From: the human T2T-CHM13v2.0 reference genome, Homo sapiens
DNA length: 64,000 bases
Reading direction: 5' to 3' (one strand)
Assembly (NCBI RefSeq): GCF_009914755.1
Contig: NC_060940.1
Below are positions 27,201-42,433 of this stretch, piece by piece (positions within the stretch are counted from its first letter, which is position 1; the number at the start of each line of letters is the position of its first letter). The position numbers and the translations under genes are program-made. The notes beneath the pieces were generated by a model. That model ran no database searches, had not been told where the DNA came from, and saw only the letters and a program-made list of their open reading frames with translations.

Positions 27201-30200
27201 CATTCCATTCGATTCTATTCAATGATGATTCCATTCATGTCGATTTGGTGATTCCATTTGACTTCATTTGATGATGATTCCTTTCAAGTTCATTAGATGA
27301 TTCCATTCGATTCCATTTGATGATGATCCCATTCGAGTCCATTCAGTGATTCCATTCGTTTCCATTCCATGATGATTCCATTCCATTCCATTCAATGATT
27401 CCATTCGATTCCGTTTGATGATGATTTCATTCGAGTCCATTTGATGATTCCATTTGATTCCATTCGATGATGATTCCATTCGAGTCCATTCGATGATTCT
27501 ATTCGAATCCATTTGATGATTTCTTTTGATTATAGTTGGTGATGATTCCATTGGAGTCCATTCAATGATTCCATTCGATTCCAATTGATGATGATTCCAT
27601 TAGAGTCCATTTAATGTTTCCATTTGATTCCAGTCTCTGATGATTACATTCGAGTCCATACGATGATTCCACTCAATTCCATATGATGATGATTCCATTT
27701 GATTCCATTCGGTGATTCCATTCTATTCTATTCAATGGTGATTCCATTCGAGTACATTAGATGATTCCATTCGATTCCATTCAATGATGATTCTATTTGT
27801 GTCCCTTAGATGATTCCACATGATTCCATTAGATGATGATACTATTTGAGCCCATCCAATGATTCCCTTCGATTCCATTCGATGAGGATTCCATTCGATT
27901 CAATTCATTGGTGATTCTATTCAATTCAATTCTTTGATTCCATTGCATTCCATTCGACAATGATTCCATTCGATTTCTTTCGATGATTCCACTCGATTCC
28001 ACTTGACATTGATTCCATTCGATTCCATTCAATGATTCCATTTGATTCCAGTGGATGATGATTGCCATCGATTCCATTCGATCACTCCATTCTATTCCAT
28101 TTGATGATGATTACATTCGATTCCATTTGATGATTCCATCTGATTCTATTCGAGGATTCCATTTGATTCCATTCGATGATGATTCCATTCGAGTCCATTC
28201 GATGATTTCATTCAAGTACATCCAATGATTCCATTTGAGTCCATTAGATGATTCCATTTGATTCCATTTGAAAATGATTCTACTAGAGTCCATTCAATGA
28301 CTCCATTCGAGTCCATTCAACAATTCCATTCGATGATTCCATTCGATTCCATTTGATGGTTCCATTCGAGTCCATTTAATCATTACAGTTGAGTCCATTT
28401 GGTGATTCCACTGGATTTCCTTTGATAATGATACCATTCAATTACATTTGATGATGATCCCATTCAATTTCATTTGATGGTGATTCCCTTAGAGTCCATT
28501 CGATGATTTCATTCGAGTCCTTTCATTGATTCAATCCGATTTCATTTGATGATGACTCCATTCGAGTCCATTCGATGATTCCACTCGATTCCATTAGATG
28601 ATTCCATTGGAGTCCATTTGATTGTTCCATTCTATTCCATTCGATTCCTTTCGAAGATTATTCCATTTGAGTCCATTCGATGATGATTCCATTCCATTCC
28701 ATTCGATGATTCCGTTTGATTCCATTCGATGATTCCCTTCGATTCCTTTCTTTGATGATTCCATTCCATTCCATTCAATGATTCCATTCGAATCTATTCC
28801 ATGATGATTCCTTTCGATTCCATTCGCTGATGTTTCCGTTCAATTCCATTCGATGATGATTCCATTCGATTCCATTCATTGAGGATTCCATTTGATTCCA
28901 TTCAATGATGATTCCATTCTATTCCATTCAATGATTCCATTCAATTCCATTCAATGATTATCCCATTAGAGTAAACTCAACGATTCCATTCAATACCATT
29001 CGATGATGATTCCTTTTGAGTCCATTCAATGATTTCATTCAAGTCCATTTGATGATTCCTTTCAATTCCATTCTATGATGATTCCATTCGAGTCCATTCG
29101 ATGATTCCATTCGATTGCATTCGATGATTCCATTATATTCCATTCACCGATGATTCCATTCGAGTCCATTCGAAGATTCCGTTAGAGTACATTTAATGAT
29201 TGCTTTGTTTTCAATTCGAAGATGATTACATTCGATTCCATTCTATGATACCATTCGATTCCATTCAATGATGACTCCACTCAAATCCATTGGATGATTC
29301 CATTCGTGTCCATTCGGTGATTTCATTAGATTCCATTCGAGGATGATTCCATTCGATTCCATTCGATGATTCCATTCAATTCCATTCGATGATGATTCCA
29401 TTCGAGTCCATATGATCATTCCATTTGATTTCATTCGATGATGATTCCATTCGATTCCATTCGACGATTCCATTCTATTCCATTCGATGATGATTCCATT
29501 CGAGTCCATTCGATGATTCCATTCGAGTCCATTTAATGATTCCATTGGGTTCAATTCAATGATGATTACATTGGATTCCGTTCTATGATTCCATTCAATT
29601 CCGTTCATTGACAATTTGATTCCATTCGATGATGATTCCATTTGAGTTCATTCGATGATTCTATTCGATTTTGTTCGATGGTGATTCAATTCTATTACAT
29701 TGGATGATTCCATTCGATTCCATTTGATGTTGATTCAATTCGATTCTATTCGATGATGATTCCATTGGATTTCACTTGATGATTCTATTCGATTCCATTC
29801 AATGATGATTCACTTCTCGTCCATTGGATGATTCCATTTCATTCCATTCGATGATGATTCCATTCGATTCCATTCGATGATTCCATTTGATTCCATGCGA
29901 CGGTGAGCAATTCGATTCAATTCCATGATGATTCTATTTGATTCAATTAGATGATGTTTCCATTCGAATACATTCCATGATTATTCCATTGGAATCCATT
30001 CGGCGATGATTCCATATGAGTCAATTCAATGATGATTCCATATGGGTCCGTTCGATGATAATTCCATTTGATTTCATTCGATGCTTCTATTCAATTCCAG
30101 TCGATGATGATTCCGTTGGAGTCCATACGATGATTCCATTTGATTTCATTTCATGATGATTCCATTCGATGACGATTACATTGGATTCCATTCTATGATT

Positions 30201-30320
30201 CCATTCAATTCCATTCGTTGATGATTCGATTCCATTCAATGATGATTCCATTTGAGTTCATTCGATGATTCTATTCGATTCCATTCTATGGTGATTCAAT
30301 TCTCTTATATTGGATGATTC
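24294..30320 (+). repeat. Higher-order unit copy 4 (6027 bp; 26-bp and 10-bp deletions)
   Basis: Marker at 24294 and 30321. Lacks the 26-bp GACCATGATTGC..GATTCCATTC module near 25964 and CGACTCCATT near 28330; 6063-26-10 = 6027. Confidence 0.92.
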
Positions 30321-33300
30321 GACTCGATTCCATTTGATGATTATTCCATTGGAGTCCACTTAGTGAATCCTTTAGATTCTACTCGAAGATGATTCCATTC
30401 GAGTCCATTCGATGATACCATTCAATTCCATTCGTTGATGCTTCCATTCAAGTGCATTCGATGATATCATTCGATTCCATTTGATGATAATTCTATTTGA
30501 TTCCATGCGATGATTCTATTCGATTCCATTCAATGATAATTCCATTCAATTCAGTGATTCCTCTGGACTCCATTTGATGATGATTCCATTCAATGATTCC
30601 ATTCGATTCTATTCGAAAATGATTCCATTTGAATCCATTTGATGACGATTCCATTCCATTCCATTTGATGATTCCATTCTATTCTATTCGATGATGATTC
30701 CATTCGATTCCATTCGATGATGATTGGATTCGATTCCATTTGATGATTTCATTTGATTCCATTCGTTAATGATTTCGATCAATTCCATTCGATGATTCCA
30801 TTCGATTCCATTCGATAATGATTACATCCGAGTCCATTCGATGATTCCATTTGAGCCTGTTCGATAATTCCATTTGAGTCCAACCAATGATTCCATTCAT
30901 TTCCATTCAATGATTCCATTCGAGTCCATTTGATCATTCCGGTAGGGTCCGTTCGATGTTGATTCCATTGGAGTGCATTCGATGATTCCATTCGAGTCCA
31001 TTTTAGGATTTGATTCGAGTCCTTTCGCTGATTCCATTCAATTCCACTCGATGATGATTTCATTCGAGTCCATTCGACACTTCCAATCGATTCCATTTGA
31101 TGATTCCATTCGAGTCCAATTGATGATTCCATTCAATTCCATTCGATGATGATTCCGTACGATTCCATTCTGTGATGATTCCATGTGATTGCATTCAATG
31201 ATGATTCCTTTCGATTGCATTCGATTATGATTCATTTCGTGTTCATTCTATGGTTCCACAGGTTTCCATTCGTGTCCATTCCATTATTCCATTCTATTCC
31301 ATTTGATGATGATTCCATTCGATTCCATTCATTGGTGATTCCACTCAATTCCATTCAATGATTCCATTCCATTTCTTTCAACAATGATTCCATTACTTTC
31401 TAATCGATGATCCACTTGATTCCATTTGACGACGATTCCATTCTTGTCCATTCGATGATTCCATTTGATTCCATATGATGATGATTCCATTCGATTCCAT
31501 ACCATGATGATTCCATTCGAGTCCATTCAATGGTGATTCCATTCAATTCCATTCGATGATTCCTTTCGATTCCATTCGATGATGATGGCATTCGATTCCT
31601 TTCAATCATTCCCTTTGATTCCATTCAAAGGTGATTTCATTCAAGTCCATTCGATAATTGCATTCGATTCCATTCTATGATGATTCCATTCGAGTCCATT
31701 TGATGATTCCATTCAATTCAAGTCAATGATGATTCCATTCGATTCCATTCGATGATTCCATTGGATTCCATTCGATGATGATTCCATTCAAATCCATTCG
31801 ATAATTCAATTCAAGTCCATTCGATGATGATTCCAATCGAATTCATTCAAAGATTCCATTCAGTTCCATTTGATGATTCCCTTAGATTCCATTCGATGAT
31901 TCAACTTGATTCCATTTACGATGATTCCATTCGATTCCATGTGATGATTCCATTCAATTCTATTCAATGATGTTTCCATTTGATTCCATTCGACCATGAT
32001 TGCCTTTGATTCCATTTAATGATTCCATTCGGTTCCGTTTGATGATGATTCCGTTCGATTCCATTTGATGATTCCATTTGATTCCATTGGATGAGTCCAT
32101 TCGATTACATTCGATGATTATTCCATTCCAGTGCATTAGATGATTCCATTCGAGTCCATTCGATGATTCCATTCGATTCCATTCGATGTTGATTCTGTTC
32201 AAATCCATTCGATGATTCCACTCGATTCCATTCGATGACTCCATTTGATCCCATTCGATGATTTCCTGTGATTCCCTTTGATGATCATTCCATTTGATTT
32301 CATTTGATTCCATTCAGTGATGTTTCCATTCCACTCCATTCGATGATGATTCCATTCGACTCCATTAGATTATGATTTCATTCAATTCCATTCGATAATG
32401 ATTCCCTTCAAGTCCATTCGATGATTCCATTCGATTCCATTCAACGATGATTTGATTCGTGTCCATTCGATGATTCCATTTGATTCCACTTGATGATGAT
32501 TCCATTCGAGTCCATTTGATGATTCCATTCAATTCCATACTCCGATGATTTCTTTTGAGCCCACTCAATGCTTCCACTCGATTCCATATGATGATGACTC
32601 CATTCGATGAAATTCGATGATGATTCCATTCGCTTGCTTTCGATGATGATTCCACTTGAGTCCGTTAGAAGATTCTATTCAATTACATTCCATGACGATT
32701 CCGTTCGAGTCCATTTGATGATTCCATTAGACTCCATTCGACGATGATTCCATTCGATGTTATTCGATGATTCCATTCGATCTCATTCGATGATGATTCC
32801 ATTCAACTCCATTCGATGTTTCCATTCGAGTTCATTCTATTATTCCATTAGATTCCATTCGATGATGATTCCATTCGATTCCATTTGATGATTGCATTCT
32901 ATTTCATTTGATGATGATTCCATTCGAGTCCACTCGATGATTCCATTCGAGTCCATTTAATGAATCCATTGGTTTCAATTCTATGATGATTACATTGGAT
33001 TCCATTCGTTGATGATTTCATTCGGTTCCATTCAATGATGATTCCATTCAATTCCTTTCAATGTTTCCATTCAATTCCATACGATGATGATTCCATTTGA
33101 TTTGATTCGACAGTGAGCCATTCGATTCAATTCCATGATGATTCTATTTTATTCAATTGGTTGACATTTCCATTCGATTCCATTCGATGATGATTCCCTT
33201 TGATTCCATTCAAAGATGATTCCATTCTAGCCCATTCAATCATTCCATTCGATTCTATTCAATGATGATTCCATTCATGTCGATTTGGTGATTCCATTTG

Positions 33301-36300
33301 ACTTCATTTGATGATGATTCCTTTCAAGTTCATTAGATGATTCCATTCGATTCCATTTGATGATGATCCCATTCGAGTCCATTCAGTGATTCCATTCGTT
33401 TCCATTCCATGATGATTCCATTCCATTCCATGCAATGATTCCATTCGATTCCGTTTGATGATGATTTCATTCGAGTCCATTTGATGATTCCATTTGATTC
33501 CATTCGATGATGATTCCATTCGAGTCCATTCGATGATTCTATTCGAATCCATTTGATGATTTCTTTTGATTATAGTTGGTGATGATTCCATTGGAGTCCA
33601 TTCAATGATTCCATTCGATTCCAATCGATGATGATTCCATTAGAGTCCATTTAATGATTCCATTTGATTCCAGTCTCTGATGATTACATTCGAGTCCATA
33701 CGATGATTCCACTCAATTCCATATGATGATGATTCCATTCGATTCCATTCGATGATTCCATTCTATTCTATTCAATGGTGATTCCATTCGAGTACATTAG
33801 ATGATTCCATTCGATTCCATTCAATGATGATTCTATTTGTGTCCCTTAGATGATTCCACATGATTCCATTAGATGATGATACTATTTGAGCCCATCCAAT
33901 GATTCCCTTCGATTCCATTCGATGAGGATTCCATTCGATTCAATTCATTGGTGATTCTATTCAATTCAATTCTTTGATTCCATTCCATTCCATTCGACAA
34001 TGATTCCATTCGATTTCTTTCGATGATTCCACTCGATTCCACTTGACATTGATTCCATTCGATTCCATTCAATGATTCCATTTGATTCCAGTGGATGATG
34101 ATTGCCATCGATTCCATTCGATCACTCCATTCTATTCCATTTGATGATGATTACATTCGATTCCATTTGATGATTCCATCTGATTCTATTCGAGGATTCC
34201 ATTTGATTCCATTCGATGATGATTCCATTCGAGTCCATTCGATGATTTCATTCGAGTACATCCAATGATTCCATTCGAGTCCATTTGATGATTCCATTTG
34301 ATTCCATTTGATTATGATTCTACTAGAGTCCATTCAGTGACTCCATTCTAGTCCATTCAACAATTCCATTCGACTCCATTCGATGATTCCATTCGATTCC
34401 ATTTGATGATTCCATTCGAGTCCATTTAATCATTACAGTCGAGTCCATTTGGTGATTCCGCTGGATTTCCTTTGATAATGATACCATTCAATTACATTTG
34501 ATGATGATCCCATTCAATTTCATTTGATGATGATTCCATTAGAGTCCATTCGATGATTTTATTCGAGTCCCTTCATTGATTCCATCCGATTTCAATGGAT
34601 GATGACTCCATTCGAGTTCATTCGATGATTCCACTCGATTCCATTAGATGATTCCATTGGAGTCCATTTGATTGTTCCATTCGATTCCATTCGATTCCTT
34701 TCGAAGATTATTCCATTTGAGTCCATTCGATGATGATTCCATTCCATTCCATTCGATGATTCCGTTTGATTCCATTCGATGATTCCCTTCGATTCCTTTC
34801 TTTGATGATTCCATTCCATTCCATTCAATGATTCCATTCGAATCTATTCCATGATGATTCCTTTCGATTCCATTCGCTGATGTTTCCGTTCAATTCCATT
34901 CGATGATGATTCCATTCGATTCCATTCATTGAGGATTCCATTTGATTCCATTCAATGATGATTCCATTCTATTCCATTCAATGATTGCATTCAATTCCAT
35001 TCAATGATTATCCCATTAGAGTAAACTCAACGATTCCATTCAATACAATTCGATGATGATTCCTTTTGAGTCCATTCAATGATTTCATTCAAGTCCATTT
35101 GATGATTCCTTTCAATTCCATTCTATGATGATTCCATTCGAGTCCATTCGATGATTCCATTCGATTGCATTCGATGATTCCATTATATTCCATTCAACGA
35201 TGATTCCATTCGAGTCCATTCGATGATTCCATTAGAGTACATTTAATGATTGCTTTGTTTTCAATTCGAAGATGATTACATTCGATTCCATTCTATGATA
35301 CCATTCGATTCCATTGAATGATGACTCCACTCAAATCCATTGGATGATTCCATTCGTGTCCATTCGGTGATTTCATTAGATTCCATTCGAGGATGATTCC
35401 ATTCGATTCCATTCGATGACTGCATTCAATTCCATTCGATGATGATTCCATTCCAGTCCATATGATCATTCCATTTGATTTCATTCGATGATGATTCCAT
35501 TCGATTCCATTCGACGATTCCATTCTATTCCATTCGATGATGATTCCATTCGAGTCCATTCGATGATTCCATTCGAGTCCATTTAATGATTCCATTGGGT
35601 TCAATTCAATGATGATTACATTTGATTCCGTTCTATGATTCCATTCAATTCCGTTCATTGACAACTTGATTCCATTCGATCATGATTCCATTTGAGTTCA
35701 TTCGATGATTCTATTCGATTTTCTTCGATGGTGATTCAATTCTATTATATTGGATGATTCCATTCGATTCCATTTGATGTTGATTCAATTCGATTCTATT
35801 CGATGATGATTCCATTGGATTTCACTTGATGATTCTATTCGATTCCATTCAATGATATTTCACTTCTCGTCCATTGGATGATTCCATTTCATTCCATTTG
35901 ATGATGATTCCATTCGATTCCATTCGATGATTCCATTTGATTCCATGCGACGGTGAGCAATTCGATTCAATTCCATGATGATTCTATTTGATTCAATTAG
36001 ATGATGTTTCCATTCGAATCCATTCCATGATTATTCCATTGGAATCCATTCGGCGATGATTCCATATGAGTCAATTCAATGATGATTCCATATGGGTCCG
36101 TTCGATGATAATTCCCTTTGATTTCATTCGATGCTTCTATTCAATTCCAGTCGATGATGATTCCGTTGGAGTCCATACGATGATTCCATTTGAATTCATT
36201 TCATGATGATTCCATTCGATGACGATTACATTGGATTCCATTCTATGATTCCATTCAATTCCATTCGTTGATGATTCGATTCCATTCAATGATGATTCCA

Positions 36301-36370
36301 TTTGAGTTCATTCGATGATTCTATTCGATTCCATTCTATGGTGATTCAATTCTCTTATATTGGATGATTC
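30321..36370 (+). repeat. Higher-order unit copy 5 (6050 bp; 13-bp deletion)
   Basis: Marker at 30321 and 36371. CAATTCGGTGATT is missing at ~32299. Confidence 0.92.
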
Positions 36371-39300
36371 GACTCGATTCCATTTGATGATTATTCCATT
36401 GGAGTCCACTTAGTGAATCCTTTAGATTCTACTCGAAGATGATTCCATTCGAGTCCATTCGATGATACCATTCAATTCCATTCGTTGATGCTTCCATTCA
36501 AGTGCATTCGATGATATCATTCGATTCCATTTGATGATAATTCTATTTGATTCCATGCGATGATTCTATTCGATTCCATTCAATGATAATTCCATTCAAT
36601 TCAGTGATTCCTCTGGACTCCATTTGATGATGATTCCATTCAATGATTCCATTCGATTCTATTCGAAAATGATTCCATTTGAATCCATTTGATGACGATT
36701 CCATTCCATTCCATTTGATGATTCCATTCTATTCTATTCGATGATGATTCCATTCGATTCCATTCGATGATGATTGGATTCGATTCCATTTGATGATTTC
36801 ATTTGATTCCATTCGTTAATGATTTCGATCAATTCCATTCGATGATTCCATTCGATTCCATTCGATAATGATTACATCCGAGTCCATTCGATGATTCCAT
36901 TTGAGCCTGTTCGATAATTCCATTTGAGTCCAACCAATGATTCCATTCATTTCCATTCAATGATTCCATTCGAGTCCATTTGATCATTCCGGTAGGGTCC
37001 GTTCGATGTTGATTCCATTGGAGTGCATTCGATGATTCCATTCGAGTCCATTTTAGGATTTGATTCGAGTCCTTTCGATGATTCCATTCAATTCCACTCG
37101 ATGATGATTTCATTCGAGTCCATTCGACACTTCCAATCGATTCCATTTGATGATTCCATTCGAGTCCAATTGATGATTCCATTCAATTCCATTCGATGAT
37201 GATTCCGTACGATTCCATTCTGTGATGATTCCATGTGATTGCATTCAATGATGATTCCTTTCGATTGCATTCGATTATGATTCATTTCGTGTTCATTCTA
37301 TGGTTCCACAGGTTTCCATTCGTGTCCATTCCATTATTCCATTCTATTCCATTTGATGATGATTCCATTCGATTCCATTCATTGGTGATTCCACTCAATT
37401 CCATTCAATGATTCCATTCCATTTCTTTCAACAATGATTCCATTACTTTCTAATCGATGATCCACTTGATTCCATTTGACGACGATTCCATTCTTGTCCA
37501 TTCGATGATTCCATTTGATTCCATATGATGATGATTCCATTCGATTCCATACCATGATGATTCCATTCGAGTCCATTCAATGGTGATTCCATTCAATTCC
37601 ATTCGATGATTCCTTTCGATTCCATTCGATGATGATGGCATTCGATTCCTTTCAATCATTCCCTTTGATTCCATTCAAAGGTGATTTCATTCAAGTCCAT
37701 TCGATAATTGCATTCGATTCCATTCTATGATGATTCCATTCGAGTCCATTTGATGATTCCATTCAATTCAAGTCAATGATGATTCCATTCGATTCCATTC
37801 GATGATTCCATTGGATTCCATTCGATGATGATTCCATTCAAATCCATTCGATAATTCAATTCAAGTCCATTCGATGATGATTCCAATCGAATCCATTCAA
37901 AGATTCCATTCAGTTCCATTCGATGATTCCCTTAGATTCCATTCGATGATTCCACTTGATTGCATTTACGATGATTCCATTCGATTCCATGTGATGATTC
38001 CATTCAATTCTATTCAATGATGTCTCCATTTGATTCCATTCGACCATGATTGCCTTTGATTCCATTCAATGATTCCATTCGGTTCCGTTTGATGATGATT
38101 CCGTTCGATTCCATTTGATGATTCCATTTGATTCCATTGGATGAGTCCATTCGATTACATTCGATGATTATTCCATTCGAGTGCATTAGATGATTCCATT
38201 CGAGTCCATTCGATGATTCCATTCGATTCCATTCGATGTTGATTCTGTTCAAATCCATTCGATGATTCCACTCGATTCCATTCGTTGACTCCATTTGATC
38301 CCATTCGATGATTTCCTTTGATTCCCTTTGATGATCATTCCATTTGATTCAATTCGGTGATTTCATTTGATTCCATTCAGTGATGTTTCCATTCGACTCC
38401 ATTCGATGATGATTCCATTCGACTCCATTCGATTATGATTTCATTCAATTCCATTCGATAATGATTCCCTTCGAGTCCATTCGATGATTCCATTCGATTC
38501 CATTCAACGATGATTTGATTCGTGTCCATTCGATGATTCCATTTGATTCCACTTGATGATGATTCCATTCGAGTCCATTTGATGATTCCATTCAATTCCA
38601 TACTCCGATGATTTCTTTTGAGCCCACTCAATGCTTCCACTCGATTCCATATGATGATGACTCCATTCGATGAAATTCGATGATGATTCCATTCGCTTGC
38701 TTTCGATGATGATTCCACTTGAGTCCGTTAGAAGATTCTATTCAATTACATTCCAGGACGATTCCGTTCGAGTCCATTTGATGATTCCATTAGACTCCAT
38801 TCGACGATGATTCCATTCGATGTTATTCGATGATTCCATTCGATCTCATTCGATGATGATTCCATTCAACTCCATTCGATGTTTCCATTCGAGTTCATTC
38901 TATTATTCCATTAGATTCCATTCGATGATGATTCCATTCGATTCCATTTGATGATTGCATTATATTTCATTTGATGATGATTCCATTCGAGTCCACTCGA
39001 TGATTCCATTCGAGTCCATTTAATGAATCCATTGGTTTCAATTCTATGATGATTACATTGGATTCCATTCGTTGATGATTTCATTCGGTTCCATTCAATG
39101 ATGATTCCATTCAATTCCTTTCAATGTTTCCATTCAATTCCATACGATGATGATTCCATTTGATTTGATTCGACAGTGAGCCATTCGATTCAATTCCATG
39201 ATGATTCTATTTGATTCAATTGGTTGACATTTCCATTCGATTCCATTCGATGATGATTCCCTTTGATTCCATTCAAAGATGATTCCATTCTAGCCCATTC

Positions 39301-42300
39301 AATCATTCCATTCGATTCTATTCAATGATGATTCCATTCATGTCGATTTGGTGATTCCATTTGACTTCATTTGATGATGATTCCTTTCAAGTTCATTAGA
39401 TGATTCCATTCGATTCCATTTGATGATGATCCCATTCGAGTCCATTCAGTGATTCCATTCGTTTCCATTCCATGATGATTCCATTCCATTCCATGCAATG
39501 ATTCCATTCGATTCCGTTTGATGATGATTTCATTCGAGTCCATTTGATGATTCCATTTGATTCCATTCGATGATGATTCCATTCGAGTCCATTCGATGAT
39601 TCTATTCGAATCCATTTGATGATTTCTTTTGATTATAGTTGGTGATGATTCCATTGGAGTCCATTCAATGATTCCATTCGATTCCAATCGATGATGATTC
39701 CATTAGAGTCCATTTAATGATTCCATTTGATTCCAGTCTCTGATGATTACATTCGAGTCCATACGATGATTCCACTCAATTCCATATGATGATGATTCCA
39801 TTCGATTCCATTCGATGATTCCATTCTATTCTATTCAATGGTGATTCCATTCGAGTACATTAGATGATTCCATTCGATTCCATTCAATGATGATTCTATT
39901 TGTGTCCCTTAGATGATTCCACATGATTCCATTAGATGATGATACTATTTGAGCCCATCCAATGATTCCCTTCGATTCCATTCGATGAGGATTCCATTCG
40001 ATTCAATTCATTGGTGATTCTATTCAATTCAATTCTTTGATTCCATTCCATTCCATTCGACAATGATTCCATTCGATTTCTTTCGATGATTCCACTCGAT
40101 TCCACTTGACATTGATTCCATTCGATTCCATTCAATGATTCCATTTGATTCCAGTGGATGATGATTGCCATCGATTCCATTCGATCACTCCATTCTATTC
40201 CATTTGATGATGATTACATTCGATTCCATTTGATGATTCCATCTGATTCTATTCGAGGATTCCATTTGATTCCATTCGATGATGATTCCATTCGAGTCCA
40301 TTCGATGATTTCATTCGAGTACATCCAATGATTCCATTCGAGTCCATTTGATGATTCCATTTGATTCCATTTGATTATGATTCTACTAGAGTCCATTCAG
40401 TGACTCCATTCTAGTCCATTCAACAATTCCATTCGACTCCATTCGATGATTCCATTCGATTCCATTTGATGATTCCATTCGAGTCCATTTAATCATTACA
40501 GTCGAGTCCATTTGGTGATTCCGCTGGATTTCCTTTGATAATGATACCATTCCATTACATTTGATGATGATCCCATTCAATTTCATTTGATGATGATTCC
40601 ATTAGAGTCCATTCGATGATTTTATTCGAGTCCCTTCATTGATTCCATCCGATTTCAATGGATGATGACTCCATTCGAGTCCATTCGATGATTCCACTCG
40701 ATTCCATTAGATGATTCCATTGGAGTCCATTTGATTGTTCCATTCGATTCCATTCGATTCCTTTCGAAGATTATTCCATTTGAGTCCATTCGATGATGAT
40801 TCCATTCCATTCCATTCGATGATTCCGTTTGATTCCATTCGATGATTCCCTTCGATTCCTTTCTTTGATGATTCCATTCCATTCCATTCAATGATTCCAT
40901 TCGAATCTATTCCATGATGATTCCTTTCGATTCCATTCGCTGATGTTTCCGTTCAATTCCATTCGATGATGATTCCATTCGATTCCATTCATTGAGGATT
41001 CCATTTGATTCCATTCAATGATGATTCCATTCTATTCCATTCAATGATTGCATTCAATTCCATTCAATGATTATCCCATTAGAGTAAACTCAACGATTCC
41101 ATTCAATACAATTCGATGATGATTCCTTTTGAGTCCATTCAATGATTTCATTCAAGTCCATTTGATGATTCCTTTCATTTCCATTCTATGATGATTCCAT
41201 TCGAGTCCATTCGATGATTCCATTCGATTGCATTCGATGATTCCATTATATTCCATTCAACGATGATTCCATTCGAGTCCATTCGATGATTCCATTAGAG
41301 TACATTTAATGATTGCTTTGTTTTCAATTCGAAGATGATTACATTCGATTCCATTCTATGATACCATTCGATTCCATTGAATGATGACTCCACTCAAATC
41401 CATTGGATGATTCCATTCGTGTCCATTCGGTGATTTCATTAGATTCCATTCGAGGATGATTCCATTCGATTCCATTCGATGACTGCATTCAATTCCATTC
41501 GATGATGATTCCATTCCAGTCCATATGATCATTCCATTTGATTTCATTCGATGATGATTCCATTCGATTCCATTCGACGATTCCATTCTATTCCATTCGA
41601 TGATGATTCCATTCGAGTCCATTCGATGATTCCATTCGAGTCCATTTAATGATTCCATTGGGTTCAATTCAATGATGATTACATTTGATTCCGTTCTATG
41701 ATTCCATTCAATTCCGTTCATTGACAACTTGATTCCATTCGATCATGATTCCATTTGAGTTCATTCGATGATTCTATTCGATTTTCTTCGATGGTGATTC
41801 AATTCTATTATATTGGATGATTCCATTCGATTCCATTTGATGTTGATTCAATTCGATTCTATTCGATGATGATTCCATTGGATTTCACTTGATGATTCTA
41901 TTCGATTCCATTCAATGATATTTCACTTCTCGTCCATTGGATGATTCCATTTCATTCCATTTGATGATGATTCCATTCGATTCCATTCGATGATTCCATT
42001 TGATTCCATGCGACGGTGAGCAATTCGATTCAATTCCATGATGATTCTATTTGATTCAATTAGATGATGTTTCCATTCGAATCCATTCCATGATTATTCC
42101 ATTGGAATCCATTCGGCGATGATTCCATATGAGTCAATTCAATGATGATTCCATATGGGTCCGTTCGATGATAATTCCCTTTGATTTCATTCGATGCTTC
42201 TATTCAATTCCAGTCGAAGATGATTCCGTTGGAGTCCATACGATGATTCCATTTGATTTCATTTCATGATGATTCCATTCGATGACGATTACATTGGATT

Positions 42301-42433
42301 CCATTCTATGATTCCATTCAATTCCATTCGTTGATGATTCGATTCCATTCAATGATGATTCCATTTGAGTTCATTCGATGATTCTATTCGATTCCGTTCG
42401 ATGGTGATTCAATTCTCTTATATTGGATGATTC
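36371..42433 (+). repeat. Higher-order unit copy 6 (6063 bp)
   Basis: Marker at 36371 and 42434. ORF offset 33869 to 39932 = 6063. Confidence 0.93.
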
